From Polymyxa betae A26-41 (Eukaryota; Protista; Endomyxa: Phytomyxea), in contig RBZT01000831.1 of the NCBI GenBank assembly GCA_003693705.1, forward strand, positions 1-46,284: a stretch of DNA of 46,284 bases. Direction: 5' to 3'. Position 1 is the stretch's first letter, and every line of letters begins with the position of its first letter. The position numbers and the translations under genes are program-made. The notes beneath the pieces are model-generated. The model had not been told where the DNA came from, ran no database searches, and saw only the letters and a list, made by a program, of their open reading frames with translations. Shown here one piece after another: positions 22,868 to 35,050 of the stretch.

Positions 22868-24290
22868 TTCCAATTCCGGCCTGAAAATGACCAACAGCAT
22901 CCGTACTCCCCTGAATTATTCTATCCGATGTGAAGACTCCATCATGGGTCATAAGCGAAAGTTATTCTTGGCTGCCTTCGTCCACCGGAAACTGCCAATA
23001 TCCCTTGAACGCGTCCAACACTGCGAACCGGCTAGCCCCAGAAATATGTGCCATAACGACCTCGAAAATAGGCATCGGCCAAGATGATGGGATGGTAATT
23101 GCATTCACCTCTCTTAAATCGACAGTCATTCGATAACCTCGATTCCTTGGCTTCGCCAAAACCAAGGCCGGCGATGAACAACATGAAATCGGATTCCGAC
23201 TAACGAAGCCGTTGTGCTCTAAATCCGATACGATCTCAGAAAGAAACTCCCGATGACGCGGGTGTAACGCCTTGATCGTGCCCGCGGCAGCTCTGCATCC
23301 TGCTTTATGCGAATCTTCATCGGCATGATACGTGCCGGCGGATCTCTTCCGAGTTCGTCCTGAAGATGTCGCGAAATTCAAAAACTAAAATATCCAATTA
23401 CCGCTGAGCCCATTCTGCCGCATTAACCTCCTTTGCCAATTTCACTATGTTCTGCAGAGCCGATTCCAATTCCTCGTCGTCCTGCTTTCCAACAAATTGC
23501 GTCAGGTCCTCCCTTGCATCCAAGAGTAGGTCATCCTTATCGTCTCCTGTTAGCGCCTGCTTAAAACATCAAGTTCCGGCATACCGATCAATATATAATC
23601 CATCGATGTGTCAAAAATCCAACAAACGACATGTGGCATACGAACTTTCCGTGCAATAGACCTGATCTCAACTGGCAAAGTTACAGTTGACTTCACAATG
23701 CCTTCCGCTAAAGATTTTGTAGGTGTCCCGATAGCCGATCGAAGCTTGACGGGGTTTCGAGCACCGTTTCTTTCCATCCTAAAACTTTTAGAGAGTTCAT
23801 CAATTATCTCGGAGTTATCGTCCTATCCGACCCACTGTCGAATACCGCAAACGTAGCAATATCTCCCATTGTGATTTTAATTCGCTGCAAATTTCCCTTG
23901 ACAGCGTATACCCAGTTTTGTAGCATCGCAAGTGCTCTTTGAAAGAGAGATGGCCACGGTGACGGCAGGTATGAGCTATGATGCACAGGCGTCGTTTTAA
24001 GTCAAAACTATAACTGGTATAATTATGCGGTTATGTGAATCAACCAATATTCCGTCTGAATTTTTAGCAAAATTGCAATTAGGGAGATGGAGGCATTGCT
24101 CACAAACGATCTCAGATGGGACTGGCCAGACTTTGTTTTTACAAGGTTGAACACGAACAGACGACGTTATCTGCTTCGCCGGGTCAGTGTCAAAAGAATC
24201 AAAAGATTTTCTCAATGCTCTAATATGAACAATAGGCTCATGGTCAGAAAGAACTGAACCCCATCAAGATAACAAGTCAGCCCAGTGGCC
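22868..24290 (-). pseudogene. Gypsy fragments (RT N-half, protease, RNase H/integrase linker), relatives of the 24.5-28.7 kb element
   Basis: YRMTVDLREVN..WPMP..LDAFKGYWQ, AVFDSGSDRTI and WADLLS motifs. Confidence 0.8.
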
Positions 24291-24292
24291 AT

Positions 24293-24470
24293 GGCAACGA
24301 ACGGGTTAGCCTTAATCGACCACGGAAGTCTAGCTACGCAATTGTTCGTCGAAGTATAGCCAAACAGAAAGAATGAAGAAAGAATGAATGTATTTTCAAA
24401 AGAAAGACAAGATCAAACAAAGGTACTGTGACTGGCAGCTCCTAGATATGGGAGGCCAATATCGCACTTC
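24293..24470 (-). repeat. Possible 3' LTR of Gypsy 2
   Basis: Non-coding block just downstream of the chromodomain, next to a short TTCCC tract. There is no second copy in the window to confirm it. Confidence 0.25.
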
Positions 24471-24479
24471 CCAATAAAG

Positions 24480-27400
24480 CGAAGCAAGCAGTTTCTTCGC
24501 CGCTAATGACGGACTGTCTAATAAATATTCCTTCAAAAACTCTGCAGCATCCTCATGAATAACCGAGCAAGGCTACCAGGAATCCTCAGACTCGTGAAGC
24601 TTTTCCATGACACTAGAATATCATAATGTAAATTAGACTTGTTCCAACGAATGCCTTTAAACGATGCGATCTCATAAAATCCTCGATGATGCGCAATCTG
24701 ATCAAGAAGTTGTTCTGATATGTTCATACCTTTTTCTGTGTAAAACTTAATGAGTGAAATATGAGTCTCTTTCATATCGTTCTCGTCCAAAAGACTCGGA
24801 ACCTTATAAACGAAATCAGACACGAAACCGACACGATAAGGACCGCGCCACCAAACTGACAGCTTGTCCCCATAGCGCGCAACATCAGTCGCGATCAGAA
24901 CGAAATCGCCTATGTTCAGGTTCGACACCGGACGGACATTCCGTCGCGAATCTTGGGATCGTTCTTTGCCGGTCCGTTAATTGGATTAAGCATGAAGATT
25001 CTCTAAATTTTCATTCAAGGCATTGATGAACTCTTGGAAACGCTGTTTGGACAGAGGTGCATGATCGATTTGCTTACATCTAGTTTGCCAGAGCGAATAG
25101 AACATCCAGCGGTCGGCTAGGAGGAAGGCCAGCGAATAATGTCACAGCCGGATATCCACAAGAAGATTGGTGGCAATGATTAAAGGCCCAGATTACCATC
25201 GGGAGAATATCAGGCCATTGATAGAAGTTTAACTTTAGCTCAGAAACAAGTGAACGTAGCACAGATAATATCTTTATTCTGGGGCTCGATTGTGCCGTTA
25301 GGCCAATGAAGATTTGGGATGCAGAAATGATGCTTGATATCTAAACGGTAAGCTAACTCGTCCATAACTTTATTCTTGAAATGCGATCAACGACCAGACA
25401 CGTGTATAGGAACCACACCAAAACGGGCGAACCAATGAAGCAAAGCTTTAACAACAACTAGGTGGTCTGCGTTCTCTGCAGGAATAAGCTCCTTGAAACC
25501 TGAGAAGTCATCCATAATAACTAACAAATACTGATAGCTATGTCCTGCTGTTTTCGGGGGCTTGACGAGATGAAGGAAGTCATAATGAATAACTTGGTTG
25601 GGACTACTAGCATGAATTGCATGGTCGAAAGGTCTGGGAATGACCTTATCTTTGATTACAATTCAGTTCAAACAATTCTTCACAAGTTTCACTACAAAGT
25701 CGTGAAGATCTTCACACCAAACACGTTCTGAAAGCTTAAGGGTCGCCTTCACGACACGATTCCCAGAAGAACCGCAATGTGCTATAATGCATAAACGAAC
25801 TCGGAACTCTTCATCAGGTAGCCAAACTAGTTTGCTTTCTGTTACGGACACTCTAAGCGTCTGATCTTCATATAACTTGTTGGAATCTTTCTTTCCCCCA
25901 TCTTCAGCACTGCCTCTTGTCGGGCGCGGATCTCAAAGCAGGTTAGCCATCGACGATCATCATCCCAATCTTTTCGAACTAAACCGGGGCTTAAAGAAAT
26001 AGAGGCTTGTAAGTGCCTTGGACTCTGATCTGCGCCAGCGACTGAGAATGTCTGCCCAGACATTAAACTCGCCACTGAGATGAACAATCTCGTAGCGAAA
26101 AGAGCTTAAACGAGATGTCCAGCGAATAGACGATCACTTGTATGTCGGGGCTCGTTAATGGATCGCTTGGCCGGTTCGAAGATTACACCAAATTACGGTG
26201 ATCTGTGAAGATTATGAATGGCTTCTCACGATGTAGATAATATCGAAGTCGTATTGTGGCTTCGATAATGGGATAAGCCTCCTTCTCAATGATAGGCCAA
26301 CGAAGCTGTGAACCACGAAAATATCCGCTCACGAATGCGAGGGGATGGTGACCCCGTTCTCCAATTTCGGTCGTCTTGAAAACGACCTTCAGAACCTGCG
26401 TCAGCATCAGGCCCCAATGATGGTGGCTAGCATCGGTGAATAAGCAAAACGTGAAATCGTGATTAGGATGTGCTAATCGTAATCAGATAGTATCAGATCC
26501 TTGCAAGAGCTGTAACATGTCGAATGAGTTTCGTTCTATCCGATCGAACCCAGCTTAACAGCTGCAAGCCAGCGTTTCTTGCTAGAAACAGAAACTCGAG
26601 TAACTTCCTTTAAAATCTCTTTTAAATCATGGGACGTAGCATTGTATTTGGGTAGAGCTGTTCGAATCCAATTCATTCCACAAAGAAAATGCTGCAGTAG
26701 TGCAGCAGTATGAGGCTCGTCCAGATCGATGAGGCCTTTTGTCATATCTTGATTATACTCGACACCATCCTCGAAAATAACACGGCCACACCAGTGGGCT
26801 CTTAGTGTATACAGATTACAACGATTAGCGTTTAACTTGATTCCATAACGCCGCAGACGATCGAAAACGGATCGAAGCGCTTGCAAAAGCTCGTCATCGG
26901 AATTCGCATAAACAAGCACGTCCTCTATCCATATATGCACCTCCCGATACAGTAGCGGCTCCAAAGCTTCTTGCATTCCGGCCTGGAATACGCCGACAGC
27001 ATCTGTACAGTCCAGAAGGACACGGTCCGATGTATAGATTCCTTCATCAGTCATAAAAGAAAGATATTCTTGAGACTCGGCCTCACCGGAAACTGCCAGT
27101 ATCCCATAAATGCATCGAGAACAGCGAATCGCGACGCCCCTTGTAAATATTCCAATACAGCCTCAAAGATCGGCATAGGCCATGCTGCTGGGATAGTAAT
27201 TGCGTTAACTTCCCTGAAATCAACAGTCATTCTATAACATCGACCTCCAGGTTTACTGACGACCAATACTGGTGACGAACAGCAGGCATTAGGATTGCGA
27301 CGAATCAATCCATTAGCTTCTAAGTCAGAAACCATCTCTCGAAGAAATTGCTTGTCATGAGGTGGGTATTTTCGAGCACGGGCCCTTGGTAATGTCACGC

Positions 27401-28720
27401 CAGGCTTGATTCGGATCTTCAACGCCACCACCTTGACAGGCGGATCGCGACTTAAACGAACACGGAATATGTCGTTGTAAACGGCCAGCATATGCTTCAA
27501 TTGCGAGAGAGACGTATCGGGTGCCTTCTCCTTCCGCGCACGCCCTATCATCTCGCCAATCGCTTGGTCAAGCTCTTGATCGGATTGCTCTCCAATCATT
27601 CCATTCATATCATAAGGATCTTCAACCTGGACGTCCTCTTGAGTCACGGGATGATCTTGGTCGTATTCTCGTAAGAGCATCTCAAGCATCGTATTGGGGT
27701 TGATACCAATAGTATCTAATTCTGGCCCAGCAGCTTGCTTGAATTATAGTGACTTTCCCAGCCGCAGTCCAGATAGTAATGGGTAGTGCTGCCTTGGATT
27801 TGATAGCTCCTTTAGGGATAGCTCGCGTCGCTTGATCGGTTGCACATGTTACTGATACGGGGCGGCTCAGCTTCTCCTCAGTAAATCCGGACGATTTCAG
27901 CAAGTCCATCAACTTCCCTGGGACCAAGATCCTATCAACGCCGTTATCAAGCAAAGCTTTGCACTCCAGGTCGACAATCTTAATCTTCAACAACACCGGC
28001 TTCAGAGACTGTGTGGCTTCCGAAATTGCTTTCATTTCGGCGGTCTCGGAAGCGGAGTCAGCTTCGTCCTCGTCACCGATATCGGATATCGATCTTTTTC
28101 GAACAATGGAATTGGCTTTGGCCTCATACGATTTCCCAGAGCGGGTCGCCTTGCCAGCCTGTAACACAGCATCATCGCAGACACGCGCTCAGGCTAGGGC
28201 TTCTGTGGACAGTCTTTCACCCAGTGATCCCCACGACAATTGAGACATCCAAGAGTATGTGCTCTCTTGGTCCTTTCGGCCTTATTCGAAGAGGTTTGCG
28301 TACTTGATTTCTGAGGCTGGTTGCTCGAGGTAGGTTTAACAACTCTCCCTACCACCTAAACATGACCGGCACTTGATTTCTTATCTTTTGCTTGGGATGC
28401 GTTTTGATCGCCACGCTTCTTATTAGTTCTTTTGCTAACTTGAAAGAATTTCTCCTGGTCACTTGCGTGCTGCTTTATCTCCGCGAAAGCGACTGCCATA
28501 CTCTTCGAAGCAGATCCCTTGTTGTATTCGAAATCATGGATTACTAGCTCTTTCAATGGAGCCGGATTCAGATCCTTTACGATCATCATCACAGCAGCCC
28601 GCTGTCCATCTTCGCTATCGTCCAAAATCTCGTTAAGACCATACATGTCAACATTTTGATCGAAGTCTCGGAACAGCTTAATGACACAGCCAACAGTGTC
28701 TTCCATGTCCATATCTAAGA
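24480..28720 (-). mobile_element. Ty3/Gypsy element 2 (WPMP lineage) with chromodomain; 5'-truncated and decayed
   Basis: Gag 28356-28712, knuckle CLNCRGDHWVKDC, protease LLDNG, RT (WPMP, LDAFMGYWQ, WIED), RNase H (WPIIEKEAY, TDHRNL), integrase (IAHCG, DDFSG, RFG), WRGPY, and chromodomain YDILVSWKSF. Confidence 0.9.
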
Positions 28721-28729
28721 CAAGCTTTT

Positions 28730-29260
28730 GTCGGTCTTGCTATGCAAGCTTGAACTTGTGCGACATGTCGTTTTGCCAAATACTGCTTGTTCAAACAACA
28801 CAAATCGGTCCCATCGAGAGTACAGGATGGCACTAACTGGCTCCAATTTCCCCACCGGTCTTTCAATCTGAATCAATAACAGTCAACGAAAAGACCAATC
28901 ATATAAATACAAAGTTTATGTGGTACGTAATCTAGTTTCAACATTCGCTCAACTACAAACCAAACCCATCCCCTATAATTCTTTGCGGACAACTTAAATC
29001 CTGGACAAGCAACTTTCTCGGGTCGTTTACGTTGCAGGAAATTTAGTCCCATTAAAAGGTGCTCTCGGCGCAGGTACTTGTCTGAATTTCGGATATCGGA
29101 CCATGCCCGCAAACATGCACGTACGCTTATACCGAAATGGGCTTTCAATTTCCTCTTCCATGATACTGGTCGGAACGATGATGCTGCAGCCCCTACGATT
29201 TCGGAGACGTGTCCACAAAACCATTTGTCTTCATTCACAGAGGACCTCATGAATGGAAAA
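28730..29260 (-). pseudogene. PHIS-type (ISL2EU/PIF-like) transposase N-terminal fragment with a probable 59-bp intron (28868-28926)
   Basis: AHFGISVRAC..HLLMGLNFL..NYRGWVW, TLDGTD and SHKFK motifs, with a GT...CAG segment between the exon pieces. Confidence 0.6.
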
Positions 29261-29983
29261 AGAATGCGTTTGCGCAGTTGTTGGTGATCGAACATGAGAC
29301 AGGGGAAACTGGAAAACCGGTTTTTCCAGTTTCCAAAACAAATTGCGCTGAAACTGATTGCTACTGAGCACAGAGCTGGACCATTTCAACCGCAAACAAT
29401 ATAGCGCTGTACAACCGCACAAGACCGTCAACGATTGCCACAGCAGGCACGATGGTGCCTTCAATTAACAATAGCTGCCGGGCATGGAGTCGGCCGTTTC
29501 TTTGACTAACGGTTATGACTGCATCTGGAGTAATGCTGGCCATTTTTGTACGTTGATCAATACAGAAATTTTAATCCATCCACGTAGATTGGCGGATGAC
29601 GAGGATGGTTCGTTTGCATGTTAATTGCAGATCAGGAATTTTGACTTAGAGAATTTGCAGACAAACTACGTTAACCGACTTGAACTTGTAATTGAACATT
29701 GAAGAATAAATGGTCATTTTAAGGAATCCGGTTTCAACCGACCGTCGGCATTCGGTCTAGAATTCGCAGTCAAGATCATCGTCGCTGGCTGTTCCTCAGC
29801 TATCATCTCGTCTATGCTGGAACTCTTCCATGCCGATTTCGATCCAGAAATCGGAGTTCGACGTCATATCAAGTATGAAACGTAGCAGATGCCTTGTTGG
29901 AGTCAGTTCTTATTTTAGCTCAAGAAACCTTTGATTGTTGTACTCAGCACCTTACTGCTACTGATTCCCATCATCTCTGAACT

Positions 29984-30084
29984 GTCAATTGGTTTACACC
30001 TGGAGTCAATTGTTCACGCCTGCAGTCGATTGTTCCCACCTAGAGTCGATTGTTCACACATGCACTCAATTGCTCACACCTGTA
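29984..30084 (+). repeat. Minisatellite, five units of about 20 bp (GTCAATTGTTCACACCTGCA consensus)
   Basis: Units start at 29984, 30005, 30025, 30045 and 30065. The last unit supplies the TA target of the ITm element. Confidence 0.9.
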
Positions 30085-30229
30085 TGGTGGGCCCTGTCTT
30101 AAACCATACACTTTTCCATGAAGTCCAAATAATTTCAGAAAAGTGCGTAGTGGTTTTAATCGGAGTTTTTTCAAAAGTCCGCTTAGGTTTTCAGAGAGTA
30201 TTCGGTTTATAAAGTCTCAAGAGTGAAAA

Positions 30230-33200
30230 GTGGAATGGATCTGTGCGACGAATACTGTCTCATCGAATGCTCTATCTGCTGTGGGGTCAAGACACGCCCG
30301 GAACGATATGCTGCGAAGTAACGGAAAGATCTCTGGCCAAGCGACGCATTGTAGAGAGCGCTGTGACTTTCAAGGATCGAGGAAGCATAGCCTCTATATC
30401 CTTAAAGCTTATATGTGCAATGCCGCCGGGTATAGCGCTTGGTCGCTCCCCAAACATTTTTATCCAGTTAAACTTCGGATGGAATTTCGGATAAAAATGA
30501 TCCTGTGGCCGACTGCTGCACGGTTTCCTCAAGCCATTCTTTATGTGTAAGAAAATCCGGCTGGACGTCAAGTAATGCTCGAGCCGCGTCCAATTTCATT
30601 TCAGGTAAAGTCCAAAGGCCTCGCTCCTGCAAAATTCTTTTGATTCCTTTTTGAAGCTTGTTGCCAGCAAGATCGATAAATTGCATGGGCTGCGTCACAA
30701 AAACTCCGTCCTTAACGAACCAGCCTGGACGCAGGAAAGGAGTATTTTACCACCATCTCCTTTGTTTTATTTGTTGGCCTTCAAAGCATCTGGTGCAAAA
30801 GCGTGAGGATTCGCAGAATTATCAAAAGCGAAGACGCAAATGTAGTCTGGGTGCAGAATCTCAAATAGAATTATCGTGTTTCCCCAGTATACGTCTGCGT
30901 TTTTCCCTGGTTTGATGATTTCAAGGGTCTGAAAGGTTGTCCCGGGAGGTTGAGAAATGGACGGAAAACGTTGCAGTTCTTCAGTCACTTCGACCTCCAT
31001 GTGGCAGTGACAGTGACACAGGAACTGAGAGACCATGAACGTCCTTCCCCAGCCTTTCGGCCGCAAATTGGTTTTTCTCTGTTCAATCCAAACCACCTTT
31101 GCGACATCATTCGATTCAAAGCATGACTCGTCATGTGTCAGAAGAACCAGTTTCTTTTCAGTGGGCTCTAACATTGGAGGAACCACGACATCCATTTTTT
31201 CGCTATCAAACGAATCCATTTTCTCATGAAGCTTCAAGAACTCTTCAACAGACCTCAAGTCCAGATCAGGAAAATGGCACTGTTCCAAACCAAACAATAC
31301 TTTTTCCGATAAGCAACGACGTCTGGAGGTTCGTGACCGTCGGTATAGGTTCCCTTTTTGTGATGGAGTTTGCGAAATCCAAGAACGTGAAGCCATTGGA
31401 TTGCAGTATTTCGATGGAAGTTTACGGGATTATCCAAAGAGAGTTCGGGATGTTTGTGGAGATTTTCTGACACCCAGTTAGCAAACCAATGTCCGGTAAT
31501 GGTTTCAGGACGGGCGCTTCGCAAATATGAGAGGCAGGCAAACCTGACATCATTGTCGTCAATGAGTGATATATTTTCTGATGTTTTCCCTGCCGGAGAC
31601 TCATCAATTCAATGCTTCTAACGAATTCATCGCTCCAAGTGATGATACTGTTTGATTTGTGAGATCGTGGGCTCTCGCTTTTTCCGAAAACGATCGCAGC
31701 AACTTCAATCGATGTTTTGATACGGGACCGCTGATGTTGCGCAAGCTTCTCAAGATATTTTAAAATGCAAATCTGACGGATGAAATCGAGCTGGCTTGAT
31801 ACTCGGCGTTTCTCGAGCCTAGAATTGTCTTTAGTTTGAACATTTCTTCTCAGCAGCTCAATTGCTGCTCGATAAATTTTTCTGGGACATCAGGATCGAG
31901 AGTGGAAAATTCAAGGCAAAACTCGACCACTTCAGCCACAGTATTTTCTTCTGCTGGTGCTCAATTGATAACATCTCTGGGTGCGATGTAATGAAGAACG
32001 CTCTTACAGCCCAACATGTATTCGGTCATGCGTCGCTTCTCCGCTTGCCTTGCAAAGAATTTTGACCGGCCAGTCCCGTTATGGGCCTTTCTCAACTGGG
32101 AACCTGCACCATGGTTCCATTGCAGCCAGCATTGGGAGGAAATTTCCTCAAGCTGCATGTTAAAAATTTCCTGAACCCAACCGTCAAGAGCGCTGTCGTC
32201 CGAAGCAATCAAGTCGGCTGGGACAGACCTCCCATTCCATCCCGCATCTTCAAATTCTATATCGTCGTTTGTGGTGAGAGGAACACCTTCGACATCAAGG
32301 ATGACAGCCCCAGCATTCTCAGCAGAAGGTGGTGGAAGTCGCCGTGCAGCCAGTGATTCCGGAATAACAATTCCTTATTTATTCCTTCCGGTGAATAAAT
32401 AGAATGTAATATTCTTAATGGGACCGCCGCAGAATAAATTATTCCTATTCCAGTCTGTCATGGAGTTATTATTCCGGAATAGGGAATATATTCCTATAAA
32501 TATTCCAATTATAAATGCGAACGTCGTTGCTGGCACCGCGGCTGCTTTTCATTGGCAAAACGGCCACCGTTGAAGGAGAGATGGCCCGTGTTGATTGGTG
32601 CAAGATATTTTGTGAATGACGAGGACCATGTCTGGACCTGTAACTGTGGGAAGTCCAGCAAGAAAAATCGAGGATGGTAGGACATGCTGAACCATATCAA
32701 CAGGCATCACCCGGATACTGTTGAGCAGGCAGAACTCTTCACAAGCATCAATTTTTACGTTTTGTTGTAAAAGAAGATTCCAGTATATTTAGTTGGATTA
32801 AGTGGATTATGGAGGACTTTGTGGAAGACTTGCTTCCCTTCAACTTTTGCGAAAAAGAGAACCCGAGGTTATTTAGCGAACTTGAACCAGTTTCTGTCGA
32901 TTTCTTGAACGAAAGTATGGCAAAATTGACCTTTTTAGTTGAGGGAAATCAAAACGATGCTTCTGGATCAGTTTTCAATTGTATTTAACCGATGGACGGG
33001 ATTGTTACACTGGGATACTGAGTTGATGCATATTAATAATAACATGGAATAAATAGGAATAATTCCCAAAATCTTTAGAAATTTTTCCCACAAAGGAATA
33101 AATATTCTTATTTATTCCTCCCGCCTTCTACCCGGAATAAATTATTCTAATGGGTCATTAGGAATTACTCCTAGTCATGAATTATTTATTAGGCATCCCT

Positions 33201-33333
33201 GCGTGCAGCATCAGCAAGCCTCTGGATATGGCGCCTCTGCTTTGAAATCTGCCCCATCCGGTCGTCAAGGAATGAGCAACGACCAGGAAATCCGGAATGC
33301 GTGGCTCCAAGAAACTGCGTCTAACAAACTCAT
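30230..33333 (-). pseudogene. ITm-type DDE transposase, frameshifted and interrupted by hAT 3
   Basis: YTDGHEPPDVV, THDESCF, FAFDNSANPHA, KGIKRILQERGLW, QPDF and FYPKFHPKFNWI motifs. The start is tentative. Confidence 0.8.
32351..33201 (+). mobile_element. Non-autonomous hAT 3 (851-bp internal-deletion derivative)
   Basis: Perfect 8-bp TSD CGTGCAGC (32343-32350, 33202-33209). Ends are CAGTGATTCC and (reverse complement) CAGGGATGCC. Many GGAATA/TATTCC subterminal motifs. Remnant BED finger WTCNCGK..LNHINRHHP and LPFNFCE..FSIVFNRWT. Confidence 0.9.
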
Positions 33334-33629
33334 AAAGTGCGCACGCACTTTAGTAATGTGCGCAGTCAATACGTACATCGCGCGACTGCGCAGTACCCAG
33401 TCCAGAAGTTTTCCATTCCCTATATAAGAATATCGTCAATGTAGATGTTTTAATTTTTAAAAAGGCGAGATCATTTTCTGAATCCCCTCGATGAGATCTA
33501 TCGATTGATGACCTGTTTGATGATAATGGTGTTAGATTTTCGAAATTATTCTCCTATCAAATGCGTATGGTTTAAGACAGGGCCCACCATAGTGTTATCA
33601 TTTATTACGTTGTATGATCTCTGAACATT

Positions 33630-33862
33630 GTTCTGATAAATCTGAATGGTCTTGGTTCGTGAAGCTAGTAGAACATGTAATCAACCATCCTCCACAACGC
33701 CGCTTAGATGGTCATGCGCCTTTCCCAGTTATGACAGGATTACCTGCCGATAATCCCCTGGATTCCATTTTCTAAAATCCAGAAACATTAGCTGTCAGCT
33801 CTATCGAATATCAGTCAGAACAGATCGATCGCATTTTGAAAAACTTCAACACAGTCTTTAAT
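33630..33862 (+). pseudogene. Gypsy integrase C-terminal fragment, left half
   Basis: EWSWFVKLVEHVINHPPQRRLDGHAPFPVMTGLPADNPLDSI; continues at 42124. Confidence 0.8.
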
Positions 33863-34049
33863 AGGGGGTGTCAATGTTGCGCATTCTCCCGCGTTTGGTT
33901 GTATGCTTTTAAGCTTTCTTGTTAAAACAGCTTCTCAGCGGTAATAAATGCCGTTCTTAGAAGCAGTTTGGTCTTACTGGGGTATCAAACTTGCCGTGCT
34001 GAAATGGTATGCAGCTTAAACTACCGTATTAAGCTGATTTCCCCAAAAG

Positions 34050-35050
34050 GCTCGTCTTTCACATAGAGCTACGTTATTGGCTGATGCTGAACGCTTGCTC
34101 CGCATGCTAATGATGCAGCACGCTGGGTGTCGATTCTGCAATCGGCGACGTGCGGGAAGCTTAATGAAATCTGCCAAAAACTTAATGCATTTTATTTGCT
34201 GCATCAATCAGGTCGTAATATCGCTCGTATCCCCGTCTAAATCATATATTCTGAATAATGTAGACTTGCAATGTCAATCCGCGACGTCAAAATTAGAGAT
34301 TTGGGAGCGGTGCGAATTCTTCCTTTTTTAGACGTAAATGAATTTAAGCAAGAGGTTAGGGTTTGGGTAGCAAACGTTTGCTCGAATTGTTGTAAAAATC
34401 GATGGTATTCAGTACATTGCTGAAACACTGTTTTAAATGCATGCGTTCACAGATTGCTTGTATTTCATAATACTCTGCTGTGCACTACATAGTTTAGGAC
34501 ATTTTGGAAATGGGCTTTAGGAATTGTAGCACGAGCGAAAGGAGTAGCATACGGTACAGTTGCGTTATTCACCAGACCTGCCATCGCTGAATTCAACACC
34601 ATCGCCTCGCAGCATATTTACTGGCTACAAGAGCCAGAACGACGAAAGCTGTCGGAGCCCAATTATCGTGAATTCGGCTTCAACGGATGCATTCTCTCTA
34701 CAGAAGGCACTCATGTTGTTCTATCCCAGAGGCCAGGGCAACAAGGCGAGGTCTATTGGAGTCGAAAATGGCAGTATTCCTTGAATTCGATTTTGACATT
34801 CGACAGGGATCGTCAAATTCGCTATGTTAATTCAGGTTGGCCAAGATCAGTTCACGACGCGAAATCTAGGAAATCGCAAACAATCCATAACAACCCGGCT
34901 TAATTCTTTTCAAAAGGACAGTATCAACTTGGTGATTCCGGATTCTCTTTGACGAAGCAAAATCGACAGCCAGCCGCGTCCCAGCCACATAATGATTAGT
35001 TTAATTTGAGACATTTTAAGATCACGGAAACGGTATCCTGAAAAGGCGAT
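34050..35050 (+). pseudogene. Harbinger 5 transposase, heavily decayed
   Basis: KWQYSLNSILTFDRDRQIRYVNSGWPRSVHDA and GQYQLGDSGF motifs. Confidence 0.75.

Larger units (their letters stand above)
30085..33589 (-). mobile_element. IS630-Tc1-mariner-type DNA transposon with perfect 25-bp TIRs
   Basis: TA|TGGTGGGCCCTGTCTTAAACCATAC at 30083-30109 is the exact reverse complement of 33565-33591. Confidence 0.9.

Noticed and set aside
29984-30084. CRISPR array
   Set aside because: The units are contiguous with no unique spacers, there are no cas genes, and the context is eukaryotic TEs.
33862-33875. hAT terminus TAGGGGGTGTCAA
   Set aside because: There is no 8-bp TSD, and it pairs with ACCCCCT at 42120 around a Harbinger transposase.
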